This document shows positions 23,932-33,456 of a DNA stretch of 64,000 nucleotides, in pieces. The notes under the pieces are model-generated. The model was not told the origin of the DNA. It searched no databases and was given only the letters and a program-made list of their open reading frames with translations. Position 1 is the first letter of the stretch, and each line of letters starts with the position of its first letter. Position numbers and translations under genes: made by a program. Origin of the DNA: Nannocystis bainbridge (GTDB lineage: Bacteria > Myxococcota_A > Polyangia > Nannocystales > Nannocystaceae); contig NZ_JAQNDL010000003.1 of NCBI RefSeq assembly GCF_028368995.1, positions 544,001-608,000 of the forward strand. Reading direction: 5' to 3'.

Positions 23932-25548
23932 ATGACTCGCCGCACGCTCGCCGCCGTGTTCTCCTCCCGTCCCGAGCTGCGCCCTGCTCGCGCCCTGCTC
24001 TCCCCGACCTGGCTGGGCGCCCTCGCCGTCCTCGGCGTCAACGACCACCTGCTCAAGGGCGCCGGCATCCTGCCCGGCGGTCTCACCGGCAAGCTCAGCG
24101 ACTTCGCCGGCATGATCGTCGCCCCCGCCCTGCTCGCCGCCCTGCTCGGCGTCCGCAGCCGCCGCGGCCTGCTCCACTGTCACATCGCCGTCGGCCTGGT
24201 GTTCGCCCTCATCAACCTCTCGCCCGCCTGCGCCGACGCGTGGAGCTGGCTGATGGGCCTCGTCGGCTTCCCCTGGACCATCACCGTCGACCCGACCGAC
24301 CTGGTCGCCCTCCCGGCCCTCGCGCTCGGCTGGCGCGTCCTCGTCCCGGCCATGCGGCCCGCCGCTCGACCTGTCTCTTCGGTCAGCCTCTCTCGCTGGC
24401 CCTCGCGCCCCGAGTTCGGCGCCGCCGCGCTCGGCTCGCTGCTGTGCGTCGCCACCAGCGACACCGGCGACGACGAAGGCGGCTGGGACACCGAGGGCGA
24501 CCTGCTCTACCAGGACTTCCAGGGCGACGTGTACCTGCACAACAGTGACATCGACCGCGAGCTCGTCGTCCGCGTCCGCGACCTCCGCGAGGGCGTCGAG
24601 ATCGACTGCTTCAACGCCCAGGGCAAGCCCGGCGTGCTGTTCTCCGACGCCCTCTTCGGCGAGGGCCAGACCTGGTCGATCCCCCCCGGCGCCAACGTCC
24701 CCGTCCGCGGCGACCTCGACCGCGTCTCCCGCGACTGCTACGCCGTCCTCGTCACCAGCAACACCATCGAGCCGACCGTCCTGTTCTGGAACAGCGGTGA
24801 CATCGGGCTCGACTGGATCCCCGGCCAGCACGCCGACAGCGGCGAGTACCTCGCCGGCGCCGTCATCCTCACCGCCGACGAGGACGGCCGGGCCACGATC
24901 ACCGACTCGCGGCAGCCGATCGTCTTCCCCCAGCGCGACCCCGCCGACGACGCCTACATCCCCGGCGACGACGCCGGCCGCGTCGCGTGGAGCAAGCCTC
25001 CGATCGGCGTCCACCGGATCGCCGACCTCGCGCTCGGCAGCGACGGCTGCGCCGCCTTCGACCTCGACGCTGGCCTGCCCCGCTTCTACTTCTGCAGCCC
25101 GCTGACCGAGCTCCCGTTCGCGGCCGGCCAGTACCTCTCGGTCGTCGACCAGGGCGACCGCCTCCTGCTCGAGCGCGCCCCCGATCCCGGCGACCCGACC
25201 CCGTTCGGCGCGGTCGAGGTCGTCGCCTCGCGCGGCAACCACCTCGTGACCATCAGCGGCGCCACTCTGGCCGCCAAGCCGGAGTTCGACGTCGAGCTCG
25301 GCCCCGAGCTCACCTGCGGCACCGTCGCCCAGCCGCAGACCTTCAGCGCCTCGTTCGGCGGCCAGATCGTCCAGTTCCGCCCCGGCGAGACCGTCGAGCT
25401 CGACGACGGCGCCAGCCACCTCGTCCTCCACGGCGTCCACGCCGAGCGGCGCATCATCCTCGCCCCCGACTGCGCCGAGGGCCCCGACGCGCTCGGCGAC
25501 GACCTCGAGCTCGTCTACGTGCGGACCGCCTCGCAACAGCAGCCCTGA
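23932..25548 (+). CDS. Hypothetical membrane protein (NDHLLK/GKLSDFAG N-terminal TM domain plus soluble domain)
   Basis: N-terminal TM helices with NDHLLK, GKLSDFAG and DPTDL motifs. Strong codon bias. Confidence 0.75.
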   Translation: MTRRTLAAVFSSRPELRPARALLSPTWLGALAVLGVNDHLLKGAGILPGGLTGKLSDFAGMIVAPALLAALLGVRSRRGLLHCHIAVGLVFALINLSPACADAWSWLMGLVGFPWTITVDPTDLVALPALALGWRVLVPAMRPAARPVSSVSLSRWPSRPEFGAAALGSLLCVATSDTGDDEGGWDTEGDLLYQDFQGDVYLHNSDIDRELVVRVRDLREGVEIDCFNAQGKPGVLFSDALFGEGQTWSIPPGANVPVRGDLDRVSRDCYAVLVTSNTIEPTVLFWNSGDIGLDWIPGQHADSGEYLAGAVILTADEDGRATITDSRQPIVFPQRDPADDAYIPGDDAGRVAWSKPPIGVHRIADLALGSDGCAAFDLDAGLPRFYFCSPLTELPFAAGQYLSVVDQGDRLLLERAPDPGDPTPFGAVEVVASRGNHLVTISGATLAAKPEFDVELGPELTCGTVAQPQTFSASFGGQIVQFRPGETVELDDGASHLVLHGVHAERRIILAPDCAEGPDALGDDLELVYVRTASQQQP

Positions 25549-25554
25549 CCTTTT

Positions 25555-25592
25555 CTACCTGCCCTTAAGTACAGGAACAAAAAGCCATGCCA
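25555..25592. repeat. 14-bp-pitch decamer array (3 units) overlapping a start codon
   Basis: Cores CCTG 25558, CAGG 25572, CATG 25586; the last contains the ATG at 25587. Confidence 0.7.
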
Positions 25593-27131
25593 CGCATCGA
25601 CCTCCGCCTCGGCCTGTCTCTCCTGCTCCTCGCTCCCGCCTGCGGCGACGACGGCGGCGCCAAGGACGCCAGCGCCTCCGGCGGCGAGGACGGCGGCAGC
25701 CTCGGCGCCGGCCAGGGCGGCGCCCAGGACTTCGGCCAGTTCAAGCAGATCCTCGAGCAGGGCGGGATCCCCGGCCCCGAGACCCTCGACGACGTCGGCT
25801 TCTTCAACGAGCACAAGATCGACCTGCCCAAGCCGACCTGCACCGGCGACGTCTGTCTCCACGGCCTCTACGGCGAGATGGGCAACATGATCTCCGGCTC
25901 GAACTGCATCACCGTGCTGATCGGCCTCAACACCGCCATCGACGTCGCCAAGCTCGAGCGCCCGCCGCTCAACCTCGCCCTCGTCATCGACAGCAGCGGC
26001 TCCATGGAGGGCGAGCCGATGCAGTACGTCCGCGAGGGCCTGCTGCGCATGATCGACGCCCTCGACCCCAGCGACCGCATCACCCTCGTCGACTTCGACA
26101 GCGACGCCGAGGTCAAGGTCGAGTACATCACCGGCAGCGACCCCGCGCTGTACCAGGCCATCAACCAGCTCGAGGCCGACGGCGGCACCAACATCTACGA
26201 CGGCCTGCGCACCGGCTTCGAGCTCATGGCCGCCCACGCCGATCCTGGCCGGCAGAACCGCGTCGTCTTCCTGTCCGACGGCATGGCCACCGAGGGCATC
26301 ACCAACGACGCCAAGATCCTCGCCATGGCCCAGGGCTACAGCGAGCAGGGCTACGGCCTCACCACCATCGGCGTCGGCCGCGACTTCGACGTGTCGCTCA
26401 TGCGCACCCTGTCCGAGCAGGGCAGCGGCGCCTTTTACTTCCTCGAGGACCCCGCCGCCGTGCAGGAGGTCTTCGTCGAGGAGGTCACCGCCTTCCTCGT
26501 CCCGCTCGCCGAAGACGTCACGATCACCGCCGACATCGTCGACAACTACATCCTCCGGGCCGTACGCGGCACCAAGCTGTCGACCCTCGAGGGCAACCAC
26601 GGCACCATCGAGATCCCCAACCTCCAGCTCGCCCACCGCGAGACCGTCGACGACAACGACGACGGCCGGCGCGGCGGCGGCGGGGCGATCCTGCTCGAGC
26701 TGCTGCCGCGCAACAGCCAGCCGCGGGTCGCCGACGTCGGCGAGCTCAAGCTGCGTTACCGCGACCCGGTCAACAAGCAGTACATCGAGGAGGTCGCCGC
26801 CATCAAGACGACCGTCGACCCCGACAAGATCGACCTCGAGCAGGGCGTGTTCGACAACCCCAGCAGCGAGAAGGGGTTCGTCATGCTCAACATCTACGTC
26901 GGCTTCGACATGGCGGCCACCCGCGCCGCCCAGGGCGACCTCGCCGGCGCGCTCAACATCCTCGAGAACCTCGACGGCGCCGTCGACGGCTGGCTCGTCG
27001 ACCATCCCGACTTCGACATCGAGGATGACCTCAAGTACATCCGCATGTTCGCCGACAACCTCGTCGCCGCCGGCGCCAACGCCGATCCCGACGTGCCGAT
27101 GCCCGCGCCCGAGCCGTGGCCGCAGGACTGA
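25587..27131 (+). CDS. vWA domain lipoprotein (YfbK-like)
   Basis: Lipobox LAPAC. MIDAS motif DSSGSM, GGTNI, FLSDG, TIGVG. Confidence 0.88.
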   Translation: MPRIDLRLGLSLLLLAPACGDDGGAKDASASGGEDGGSLGAGQGGAQDFGQFKQILEQGGIPGPETLDDVGFFNEHKIDLPKPTCTGDVCLHGLYGEMGNMISGSNCITVLIGLNTAIDVAKLERPPLNLALVIDSSGSMEGEPMQYVREGLLRMIDALDPSDRITLVDFDSDAEVKVEYITGSDPALYQAINQLEADGGTNIYDGLRTGFELMAAHADPGRQNRVVFLSDGMATEGITNDAKILAMAQGYSEQGYGLTTIGVGRDFDVSLMRTLSEQGSGAFYFLEDPAAVQEVFVEEVTAFLVPLAEDVTITADIVDNYILRAVRGTKLSTLEGNHGTIEIPNLQLAHRETVDDNDDGRRGGGGAILLELLPRNSQPRVADVGELKLRYRDPVNKQYIEEVAAIKTTVDPDKIDLEQGVFDNPSSEKGFVMLNIYVGFDMAATRAAQGDLAGALNILENLDGAVDGWLVDHPDFDIEDDLKYIRMFADNLVAAGANADPDVPMPAPEPWPQD

Positions 27132-27275
27132 AGCGACCTGTTCTCGCGGAGATGTGCGTTCGCCGCCGCGCGGGGCGAACGCGAGTCCGCGCGGGCGCCG
27201 TCGCGCGCGCTCCCGGGCGCCTGCGCCCGCGGTGGCACCCTGCCCGCGATCCGGCGACACTCTGACCCCGCGCCC

Positions 27276-29213
27276 ATGGTCCCCGTCGATCGCCACCGCC
27301 TGACCAACCTCCCCTTCGGGCGCAAGCTGATGGCCTCGGCCGCCCTGCTCCTGGGCCTCGGCCTGTTCTTCGGCGGCTGGATCGTCAGCGTCCAGCTGAC
27401 CCGGTGGCAGACCTCGACGGTCGCGCTGTTTCAGTGGGGCGAGCGGCTCGAGATCTTGCGCCTGCGCCACGCTCAGGTGTTCTGGGCCCTGTTCCTCGGC
27501 CACTTCGTCTCGCTGGCGCTGGTCACCGGCGTGTCCGCCTTCTTGCTGCGGCAGGTCGCCCTGGCCCGCGGCGCGCGCAAGGCGTTGATCGGCGGCCTCG
27601 TCATCCTCGGCGTGCTCGACATCGCCTGCTGGCTGCTGCTGCCGATGTGGGAGGGCGCCTCGGCGCTGCTCGGCGGCGCCATCATCCTCGAGTCGATCCT
27701 GCTGCTCTACGTCGCCCTGCACCCGCTGCGCGACATGTGGATCTACCGCCGCTGGACCGGCACCGGCGGCCCGCCGGTGCGCGTCGCTATCGTGGGCGGC
27801 GGCTTCGCCGGCCTCTACGCCGCGCTGCACCTCGACCGCCGGCTCGGCTACCACAAGGACCTGCAGGTCAGCGTCATCGATCGTCGCAACTACTTCCTGT
27901 TCCCGCCGCTCCTGCCGAGCGTCGCCGCCGGCTCGATCGAGACCCGCCAGGTCACCTACCCCTTCCGTCGGATCTTCGAGGCCGCCAACGTCACGTTCAA
28001 GAAGGAGAACGTCGACACCATCGACCTCGACACCAGGACCATCCGCGCCCGCGTCGACGTCGACGACAACCCGATCACCGGCGAGCCCGAGACCATCTGG
28101 TGCGAGACCCAGTACGACATCCTCGTCCTCTGCCCCGGCTCCGACACCAACACCTTCAACACGCCGGGGGTCAAGCAGTACGCCTTCTTCATGCGCGAGC
28201 TCGGCGACGCGATCGCCGTCCGCAACCACATCATCGACAACTTCGAGCGGGCCGCGCGTGAGACCGACGTCGAGCGGCGGCGCGAGCAGCTGACCTTCGT
28301 CGTCGTCGGCGCCGGGCCGACCGGCGTCGAGCTGGCGGCCGAGACCCGCGACCTCATCGACCACATCCTCATGAGCCGCTACCCCGAGATCGATCCGGGG
28401 GAGGTCGGCGTGGTGATGATCCAGTCCGGCGACCAGATCTTGCCCGGCTGGCACAAGACGGTGGTCGGCAGCGCCGAGGGTCGGCTGCGCAAGCTGCGGG
28501 TCGACCTCCGCCTGAGCCGCCGCGTCGTCAACGTCACCCCGTTCGCCGTCACCCTCGACGACGGCACCAAGATCGCCACCCGCACCTGTGTCTGGTGCGC
28601 CGGCGTCAAGCCGTCGCCGCTGCTGGCCGCCTGCAAGCTGCCGCTGCACCGCTCCGGCCGCGTCGAGATCGGCGACGACCTGCGGGTCAAGGGCCGCGAC
28701 GACGTGTTCGTGCTCGGCGACGCCGCCTTCCTGCTCCACGAGGGTGTCCCGCTGCCGCCGCTCGGCCAGGTCGCGTTCCAGCAGGGCCAGCACGCCGCCA
28801 CCAACATCGACCTGCTGATCCGCAAGCAGCCGACGAAGCCCTTCAAGTACTTCAACTTCGGCGCCCTCGTCTCGGTCGGCGACAAGTTCGCCGCCGTCGA
28901 CCTGTTCGGCGTGCGGATCTCCGGCTTCATCGCCTGGTGGGTGTGGCGCACGCTCTACCTCGCCAAGTTGGTCGGCTTCGGCAACAAGGTCCGCGTCGTC
29001 CTCGACTGGACCCTCGACCTCATCGTCGAGCGATCGATCTCGCAGATCGCCGCCGACCGGCAGGACTTCTCGGGCAACAAGTTCGCCGACAACGTCCCGC
29101 TCGCCGCTCGCCCGCGCCCGCAGGACGGCGTGCCTGACGGATTGTCAGCGCCGCCGCCCCCGACCGTGCCAACCCAACAAGCCCCGGTGGCCCCGACCGC
29201 GCCGCCGGCCTGA
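27276..29213 (+). CDS. Type II NADH dehydrogenase-like FAD oxidoreductase with an N-terminal multi-TM extension
   Basis: Motifs IVGGGFAG, VVGAGPTGVELAAE, FVLGD, AFQQG, LAKLVGFGNK. About 160 hydrophobic N-terminal residues. Confidence 0.88.
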   Translation: MVPVDRHRLTNLPFGRKLMASAALLLGLGLFFGGWIVSVQLTRWQTSTVALFQWGERLEILRLRHAQVFWALFLGHFVSLALVTGVSAFLLRQVALARGARKALIGGLVILGVLDIACWLLLPMWEGASALLGGAIILESILLLYVALHPLRDMWIYRRWTGTGGPPVRVAIVGGGFAGLYAALHLDRRLGYHKDLQVSVIDRRNYFLFPPLLPSVAAGSIETRQVTYPFRRIFEAANVTFKKENVDTIDLDTRTIRARVDVDDNPITGEPETIWCETQYDILVLCPGSDTNTFNTPGVKQYAFFMRELGDAIAVRNHIIDNFERAARETDVERRREQLTFVVVGAGPTGVELAAETRDLIDHILMSRYPEIDPGEVGVVMIQSGDQILPGWHKTVVGSAEGRLRKLRVDLRLSRRVVNVTPFAVTLDDGTKIATRTCVWCAGVKPSPLLAACKLPLHRSGRVEIGDDLRVKGRDDVFVLGDAAFLLHEGVPLPPLGQVAFQQGQHAATNIDLLIRKQPTKPFKYFNFGALVSVGDKFAAVDLFGVRISGFIAWWVWRTLYLAKLVGFGNKVRVVLDWTLDLIVERSISQIAADRQDFSGNKFADNVPLAARPRPQDGVPDGLSAPPPPTVPTQQAPVAPTAPPA

Positions 29214-29270
29214 ATTGGCCGCCTCCTCGCGCGAACGGCCGCTGGCATCGTCCTTGCTCAGGGACGAGGT

Positions 29271-29588
29271 ATGGTCCTCGCGCGCTCGCTCTTCGCCCTC
29301 ACGCTCCTCTCCGGCTCGCTCGCCCACGCGGCCGCCCCCGCCTCCCCGGCCCCGGCTCTGACCCGGCCCGCCGAGGCCGTCGTGGCTGCGCGGATCCCCG
29401 TCACCTACCGCGACGTCTACGCGCTCGCAGGTGTCCTGAAGGACATCTTCGCCGTCCACCCCGAGCGCGGTGACGTGCGCGCCATCCTCTCCGACAGGAA
29501 CGACTCGGTCCTCGTCGTGTTCGCCACCCCGACCGGTCACGCCGAGGTCCGCCGCGTCCTCGCCGGCCTGCTCCCCGGCCCGCCGTGA
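29271..29588 (+). CDS. Small exported protein resembling a secretin N-domain (NolW-like)
   Basis: Signal peptide, then RIPVTYRDVYALAGVLKDIF...DVRAILSDRNDSVLVVFATPTGHAEVRRVL. The beta-alpha-beta-beta-alpha pattern recalls GspD N-domains. GAGG RBS. Confidence 0.55.
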   Translation: MVLARSLFALTLLSGSLAHAAAPASPAPALTRPAEAVVAARIPVTYRDVYALAGVLKDIFAVHPERGDVRAILSDRNDSVLVVFATPTGHAEVRRVLAGLLPGPP

Positions 29589-29745
29589 ACCCACGCGCCG
29601 CGCGGCCGCTCGACCGGGCGCGCCTCGCGTCTGCGCGACCTCCTGCGCGCACCGCTCGCGCGACCGATCGCCGCGCGCTGCCGTTCGCCGCCCCATCGAT
29701 CTCTCACCCGCTCCGAAACCGACCCGACCCAAAGGACATGTCCCC

Positions 29746-30480
29746 ATGCGCAGCTTCCTCCGCACCCTCGCCTTCCCGATCGCTTGCGCCCTCACCGGCG
29801 CCGCCGCGGCCCTCTTCGTCGTCACCGTGAACCAGGCCCCCGCGCCCGCCTGCCCAGCGGCGCCCACGATCCATATCCGCCACGAGATGCAGGCGCTGGC
29901 CACGGCGCCCAGCCTCCACGAGCGACGAGCAGCCCGCGTCGCGCCCCCGCGCGTGGCTCCGGTCGCCTTTGTCCACCCCACCGTCGCCGCGCCCGCGCGC
30001 GTCGCCCCGGTCGCCTTTGTCCACCCGACCATCGCCGCGCCCGCGCCCTTCGACGACCCCAGGAGCCGCCTCGAGGTCCCGGCGGGCGCCGTGCGCTGCG
30101 TCGAGACCGGCCGCTGCGTCGTCGACCTCGGCTTCTACCAGACCCTCCGGCGCGACCCGTCGCTGCTGGCCCGCGAGGCGCACATCCTCCCCTCGCTGAA
30201 GGACGGCCACATGCGCGGCCTCAAGCTCTACGCGATCCGCTCCGGCAGCTTGCCGAGCCTGCTCGGGCTCAAGAACGGCGACCTCCTGACCCGCCTCAAC
30301 GGCGTCCCGCTCGACCAGGAGGGCGGCGCCAGCATCGCCGGGGCAGTGGTGGGGCTCATCCGCGACCGCGAGCAGCCGATCATCCGCATGGACATCGAGC
30401 GCAAGGGCCAGCCGATCGCCGTCTCGATCGACGTCGCCTCGCTGAAGGAGGCGCTGCAACCCGCCTCCGCGGGCCACTGA
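29746..30480 (+). CDS. GspC-like protein (TM anchor plus C-terminal PDZ-like domain)
   Basis: Segment GLKLYAIRSGSLPSLLGLKNGDLLTRLNG...IERKGQP matches the GspC PDZ pattern. N-terminal hydrophobic helix. Confidence 0.75.
   Translation: MRSFLRTLAFPIACALTGAAAALFVVTVNQAPAPACPAAPTIHIRHEMQALATAPSLHERRAARVAPPRVAPVAFVHPTVAAPARVAPVAFVHPTIAAPAPFDDPRSRLEVPAGAVRCVETGRCVVDLGFYQTLRRDPSLLAREAHILPSLKDGHMRGLKLYAIRSGSLPSLLGLKNGDLLTRLNGVPLDQEGGASIAGAVVGLIRDREQPIIRMDIERKGQPIAVSIDVASLKEALQPASAGH
29950..30045 (+). repeat. 48-bp tandem duplication (RVAPVAFVHPT[V/I]AAPA x2) in the GspC-like linker
   Basis: Two adjacent near-identical 48-nt units read directly from the sequence. Confidence 0.85.
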
Positions 30481-30493
30481 CCCGCGCTCGATA

Positions 30494-30559
30494 GGACATG
30501 CCCCTGAGAGCATGCTCCATGCGACATGTGCATGCGAGCATGTCCCTTGCGACATGTAT
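30494..30559. repeat. 14-bp-pitch decamer array (5 units) between convergent genes
   Basis: CATG cores at 30497, 30511, 30525, 30539, 30553. Confidence 0.92.
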
Positions 30560-30627
30560 CGATGTACGCCGCGAGGCGAAGGACGACCCGATCCAGGCGC
30601 GACGGATGAGCCGTCGCGCCCTCGCTT

Positions 30628-31899
30628 TCACGCCGCCGAGCCCCGGCGCCGGCGTGCGAGCAGCCCCAGCGCGGCCAGCCACCACGCACCGACCGGCGCC
30701 GACCCGCGGCAGCCGCAGCCCTCGTCCGTGCCCACGCCCGCGGTCCCGCTCATGCCTGCGCTCGCGTCGGGCGCGCCCGTGACCTCGTCCTCGCCCGTTG
30801 ACGAATCCTCCCCCGTCTCCGCGCTGCCCGAGTCGCCCGCGCTCGAAGTCCCCGTCGAGCTCGGGTCCGCGGGCGGCGGCAACGGCAGCGGGTCGGATGG
30901 CAGCGGCGGCGCCGGGTTGACCGCCAGCACCCGGACCTCGAGCTGATCGTCCGGCGGACCGCCGCCGAGCGGCTCGTCGGCGAACCACGTCGTGCCCTCC
31001 TGCACCAGCGAGAGCGTCTGCGACACCTCGCCCGGGGCCGACGCGCACAGGCGGAACTCGAACCGGCCGACCGCCCCGGGCGCTACCTCGCCGGCGGTCG
31101 CCACCCGCGTCGACGACAGCCACGTGTTCGGGTCATGCAACGGCGACGGCTGATCGCGCGGCGTCGGGGCCAGCCGCGTGTCGCCGTCCCAGCTCGCGTC
31201 GCCGGTGTTGCGCAGATCGATCCACGCCTCGATGCACTCGCCGACGATCAGCAGCACCGGCGGCTGCGAGGCCAGCGGGAACGACTGCCCGACGTACTCG
31301 GCCCGGTAGTCCGGCGTCCCGCACGGCCCGCTCGTCGGCGGCCCGCCGCCCCACCACTCCCAGTGCCAGTCCTCGCTCGGCACCGTCGCCTCGAACCCGA
31401 ACTCGTCGCCGTGCGCCTCGAGCCACCCGAGCACCCCGGCCGCCGCGGTGTTGAGGTCGAGCGCGTGCCCGCTCTGGTGATTGCTGTAACCTGGCTTCGC
31501 GGCCAGGTTGCAGTTGTTGCAATTGCAGTTGATGTAACAGTTGTAGAGGTACTGCTGCTCCGCCATCGTGCGGAACCCGCTGACGACCTTGATGCCGACG
31601 CCGTCGGCCGCGGCCGCCTGCTGCATCGCGTAGAAGGCGTTGGCGGTCTCGACCTCGACCGGCTTGCCGTCGACGGTGACGACCGTGATCGCGTACGGAT
31701 CGCCCTGCACGTAACCGACGTCCTCGTGCTCGTCGCAGTCGATCGCGTACGTCGGCATCAGCGAGCCGTCGAAGTAGACCGGGTCGTCGGGCTCCGGCTC
31801 GTGCGGCCCGGCCCACGCCGGACCCGCGAGCACGATCGAACCGAGCGCGACGCCGACCATCCATGGTGCTTCGTGCATTTCCGCCCCCTCGTACCGCAA
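30628..31899 (-). CDS. M15B (VanY-like) D-Ala-D-Ala carboxypeptidase with an Ig-like domain and a MYXO-CTERM-like tail
   Basis: Motifs SGFRT, AKPGYSNHQSGHALD (SxHxxGxAxD), EDWHW. Tail GCGC...WWLAALGLLARRRR. Confidence 0.88.
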   Translation of the reverse strand: MRYEGAEMHEAPWMVGVALGSIVLAGPAWAGPHEPEPDDPVYFDGSLMPTYAIDCDEHEDVGYVQGDPYAITVVTVDGKPVEVETANAFYAMQQAAAADGVGIKVVSGFRTMAEQQYLYNCYINCNCNNCNLAAKPGYSNHQSGHALDLNTAAAGVLGWLEAHGDEFGFEATVPSEDWHWEWWGGGPPTSGPCGTPDYRAEYVGQSFPLASQPPVLLIVGECIEAWIDLRNTGDASWDGDTRLAPTPRDQPSPLHDPNTWLSSTRVATAGEVAPGAVGRFEFRLCASAPGEVSQTLSLVQEGTTWFADEPLGGGPPDDQLEVRVLAVNPAPPLPSDPLPLPPPADPSSTGTSSAGDSGSAETGEDSSTGEDEVTGAPDASAGMSGTAGVGTDEGCGCRGSAPVGAWWLAALGLLARRRRGSAA

Positions 31900-32068
31900 T
31901 TAGCCCCGGTCCCGCGGGCGCGCAAGCCTCGCTTCTCGCCCGCGCGAGCCGGGCGTAACCTCGAGGTCCGTGATCGACACACGCGACGTCGTCCATGCGC
32001 CTCCTGGCCCGCTCTCCCTCGCCGCCCGCGGCGTAAGCCTGCCCGCGGCGGCGGCGTTTCGCAGGCCG

Positions 32069-33271
32069 ATGTCCGCCCCTCGCTCGGTGCCCCGCGTCCT
32101 CGGCCTCGGTCTCCTCCTGTGCGACCTCCTCGCCTGCGCTCCGACGATCCGGACCCCGCTCAAGCAGGCCCTCCCCTCGGTCACCGGCGACTCGAGCACC
32201 GCCACCGGCCCCTGCCTCGGCGAACCCGCGCGCATCGATCTGGGCGGTCCGGCCGTCGGGGGTGCGCTCGCCGACCTCGACGGCGACGGCGTCAAGGACC
32301 TCGCGCTCGCGGCCCTGGGCCCCGGCGGCGGCGCGGCGGTGTTCTTCCGCCACGACGGCCAGGGCGGCCTCGAGCCGTCGATGCGCGTCCCGATCCCGCA
32401 GACGCCCACGGCGATCGTCGCGGGTGACTTCAACAACGACGGCCTCGACGACCTGGTGATCGGGGCCGCCGATCCGCCGGCGCTGCACGTGCTGCTGGCC
32501 CGCGGCCGCGGCGAGTTCATCGCCGGCGCGACGCCGCTGCGCGTCGCCCCCGAGGCGCTGTGGGTGGCCCGCGTCGACGGCGACGAGAGCCTCGATCTGC
32601 TGGCGCTCGACGCCGGCGGCAAGGCGGTCCGCACCCTGCTCGGCGACGGCCACGGCGAGTGGAAGGAGGGCAAGCGCAGCGCCCTGCCGGCCCGCGTGCA
32701 GCCGGCCGCGCTGACCCTGGTCGACGCCGACCGCGACCAGATCCTCGACCTGGCTGTCCTCGGGGACAGCCGCAGCGACGCCGTCGTCACCCTCGTCCGC
32801 GGCGACGGTCGCGGCGAGTTCGGCAAGACGCTGCAGCGACGGGTGGTCGGTCGCGGCGCGCGGGCCCTGCTCGGCGCGCCGCTGGCCGGCGACGACGGCC
32901 ACGACCTGCTCGCCCTCGTCGACGCCGCGGGCCCCGGCGCGGGCAGCCCGGTCGCCGCCGTGCTGGTCCACAACGGCCCGCTCGAGTACGCGGCCGTCGG
33001 CTACTTCGTGCCCGGCCCGCTCGGCGACGCGACCCTGTCCGACCTGGACCGCGACGGCGACCTCGACCTCGTCAGCGCGGCCGCCGACGGCAGCGCCGTG
33101 CACGTCGTGCCCGGCGACGGCCGCGGCGGCTTCGCCCAGGCCCAGTCCCGCCGCGCCACCGGCCTCGGCGCCGCGGTCCTGGTGCTCGACGGCAACCGCC
33201 CCACGGTCCTCGCCTTCGGCCCCGGCTCGCAGCAGCTGCACGTGTTCCCGGTCACCCGCTGCGGCGGCTGA
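32069..33271 (+). CDS. FG-GAP/VCBS repeat lipoprotein
   Basis: Repeated DLDGDGxxDL, DFNNDGLDDL and DLDRDGDLDL motifs. Lipobox LLAC. Confidence 0.88.
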   Translation: MSAPRSVPRVLGLGLLLCDLLACAPTIRTPLKQALPSVTGDSSTATGPCLGEPARIDLGGPAVGGALADLDGDGVKDLALAALGPGGGAAVFFRHDGQGGLEPSMRVPIPQTPTAIVAGDFNNDGLDDLVIGAADPPALHVLLARGRGEFIAGATPLRVAPEALWVARVDGDESLDLLALDAGGKAVRTLLGDGHGEWKEGKRSALPARVQPAALTLVDADRDQILDLAVLGDSRSDAVVTLVRGDGRGEFGKTLQRRVVGRGARALLGAPLAGDDGHDLLALVDAAGPGAGSPVAAVLVHNGPLEYAAVGYFVPGPLGDATLSDLDRDGDLDLVSAAADGSAVHVVPGDGRGGFAQAQSRRATGLGAAVLVLDGNRPTVLAFGPGSQQLHVFPVTRCGG

Positions 33272-33319
33272 GCCTCCTCCGAGGTCGCCCGCGCGGACCG
33301 CAGCCGTCGCGGAGCCTCC

Positions 33320-33456
33320 GCACATGCCCCAAGGAACCTTCCTGAAGGTCATGCTGCGGACGAGCACCCGAATTCGCCGCCTCGATGTTCGAACATGCTC
33401 CTTCGAGCATGCTCCTTCGAGCATGTCGAAACGAACATGCTCTCTTGAACATGTCT
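33320..33456. repeat. 14-bp-pitch decamer array (5 exact units plus upstream degenerate units)
   Basis: CATG cores at 33394, 33408, 33422, 33436, 33450; further units at 33323, 33337 and 33350. Confidence 0.9.

Noticed and set aside
25515-28793. Very long antisense or alternate-frame ORFs (also 34229-37555, 39174-42221, 52188-55508, 15420-18149)
   Set aside because: Shadow ORFs expected in very GC-rich DNA opposite genuine genes; they have no motifs of their own.
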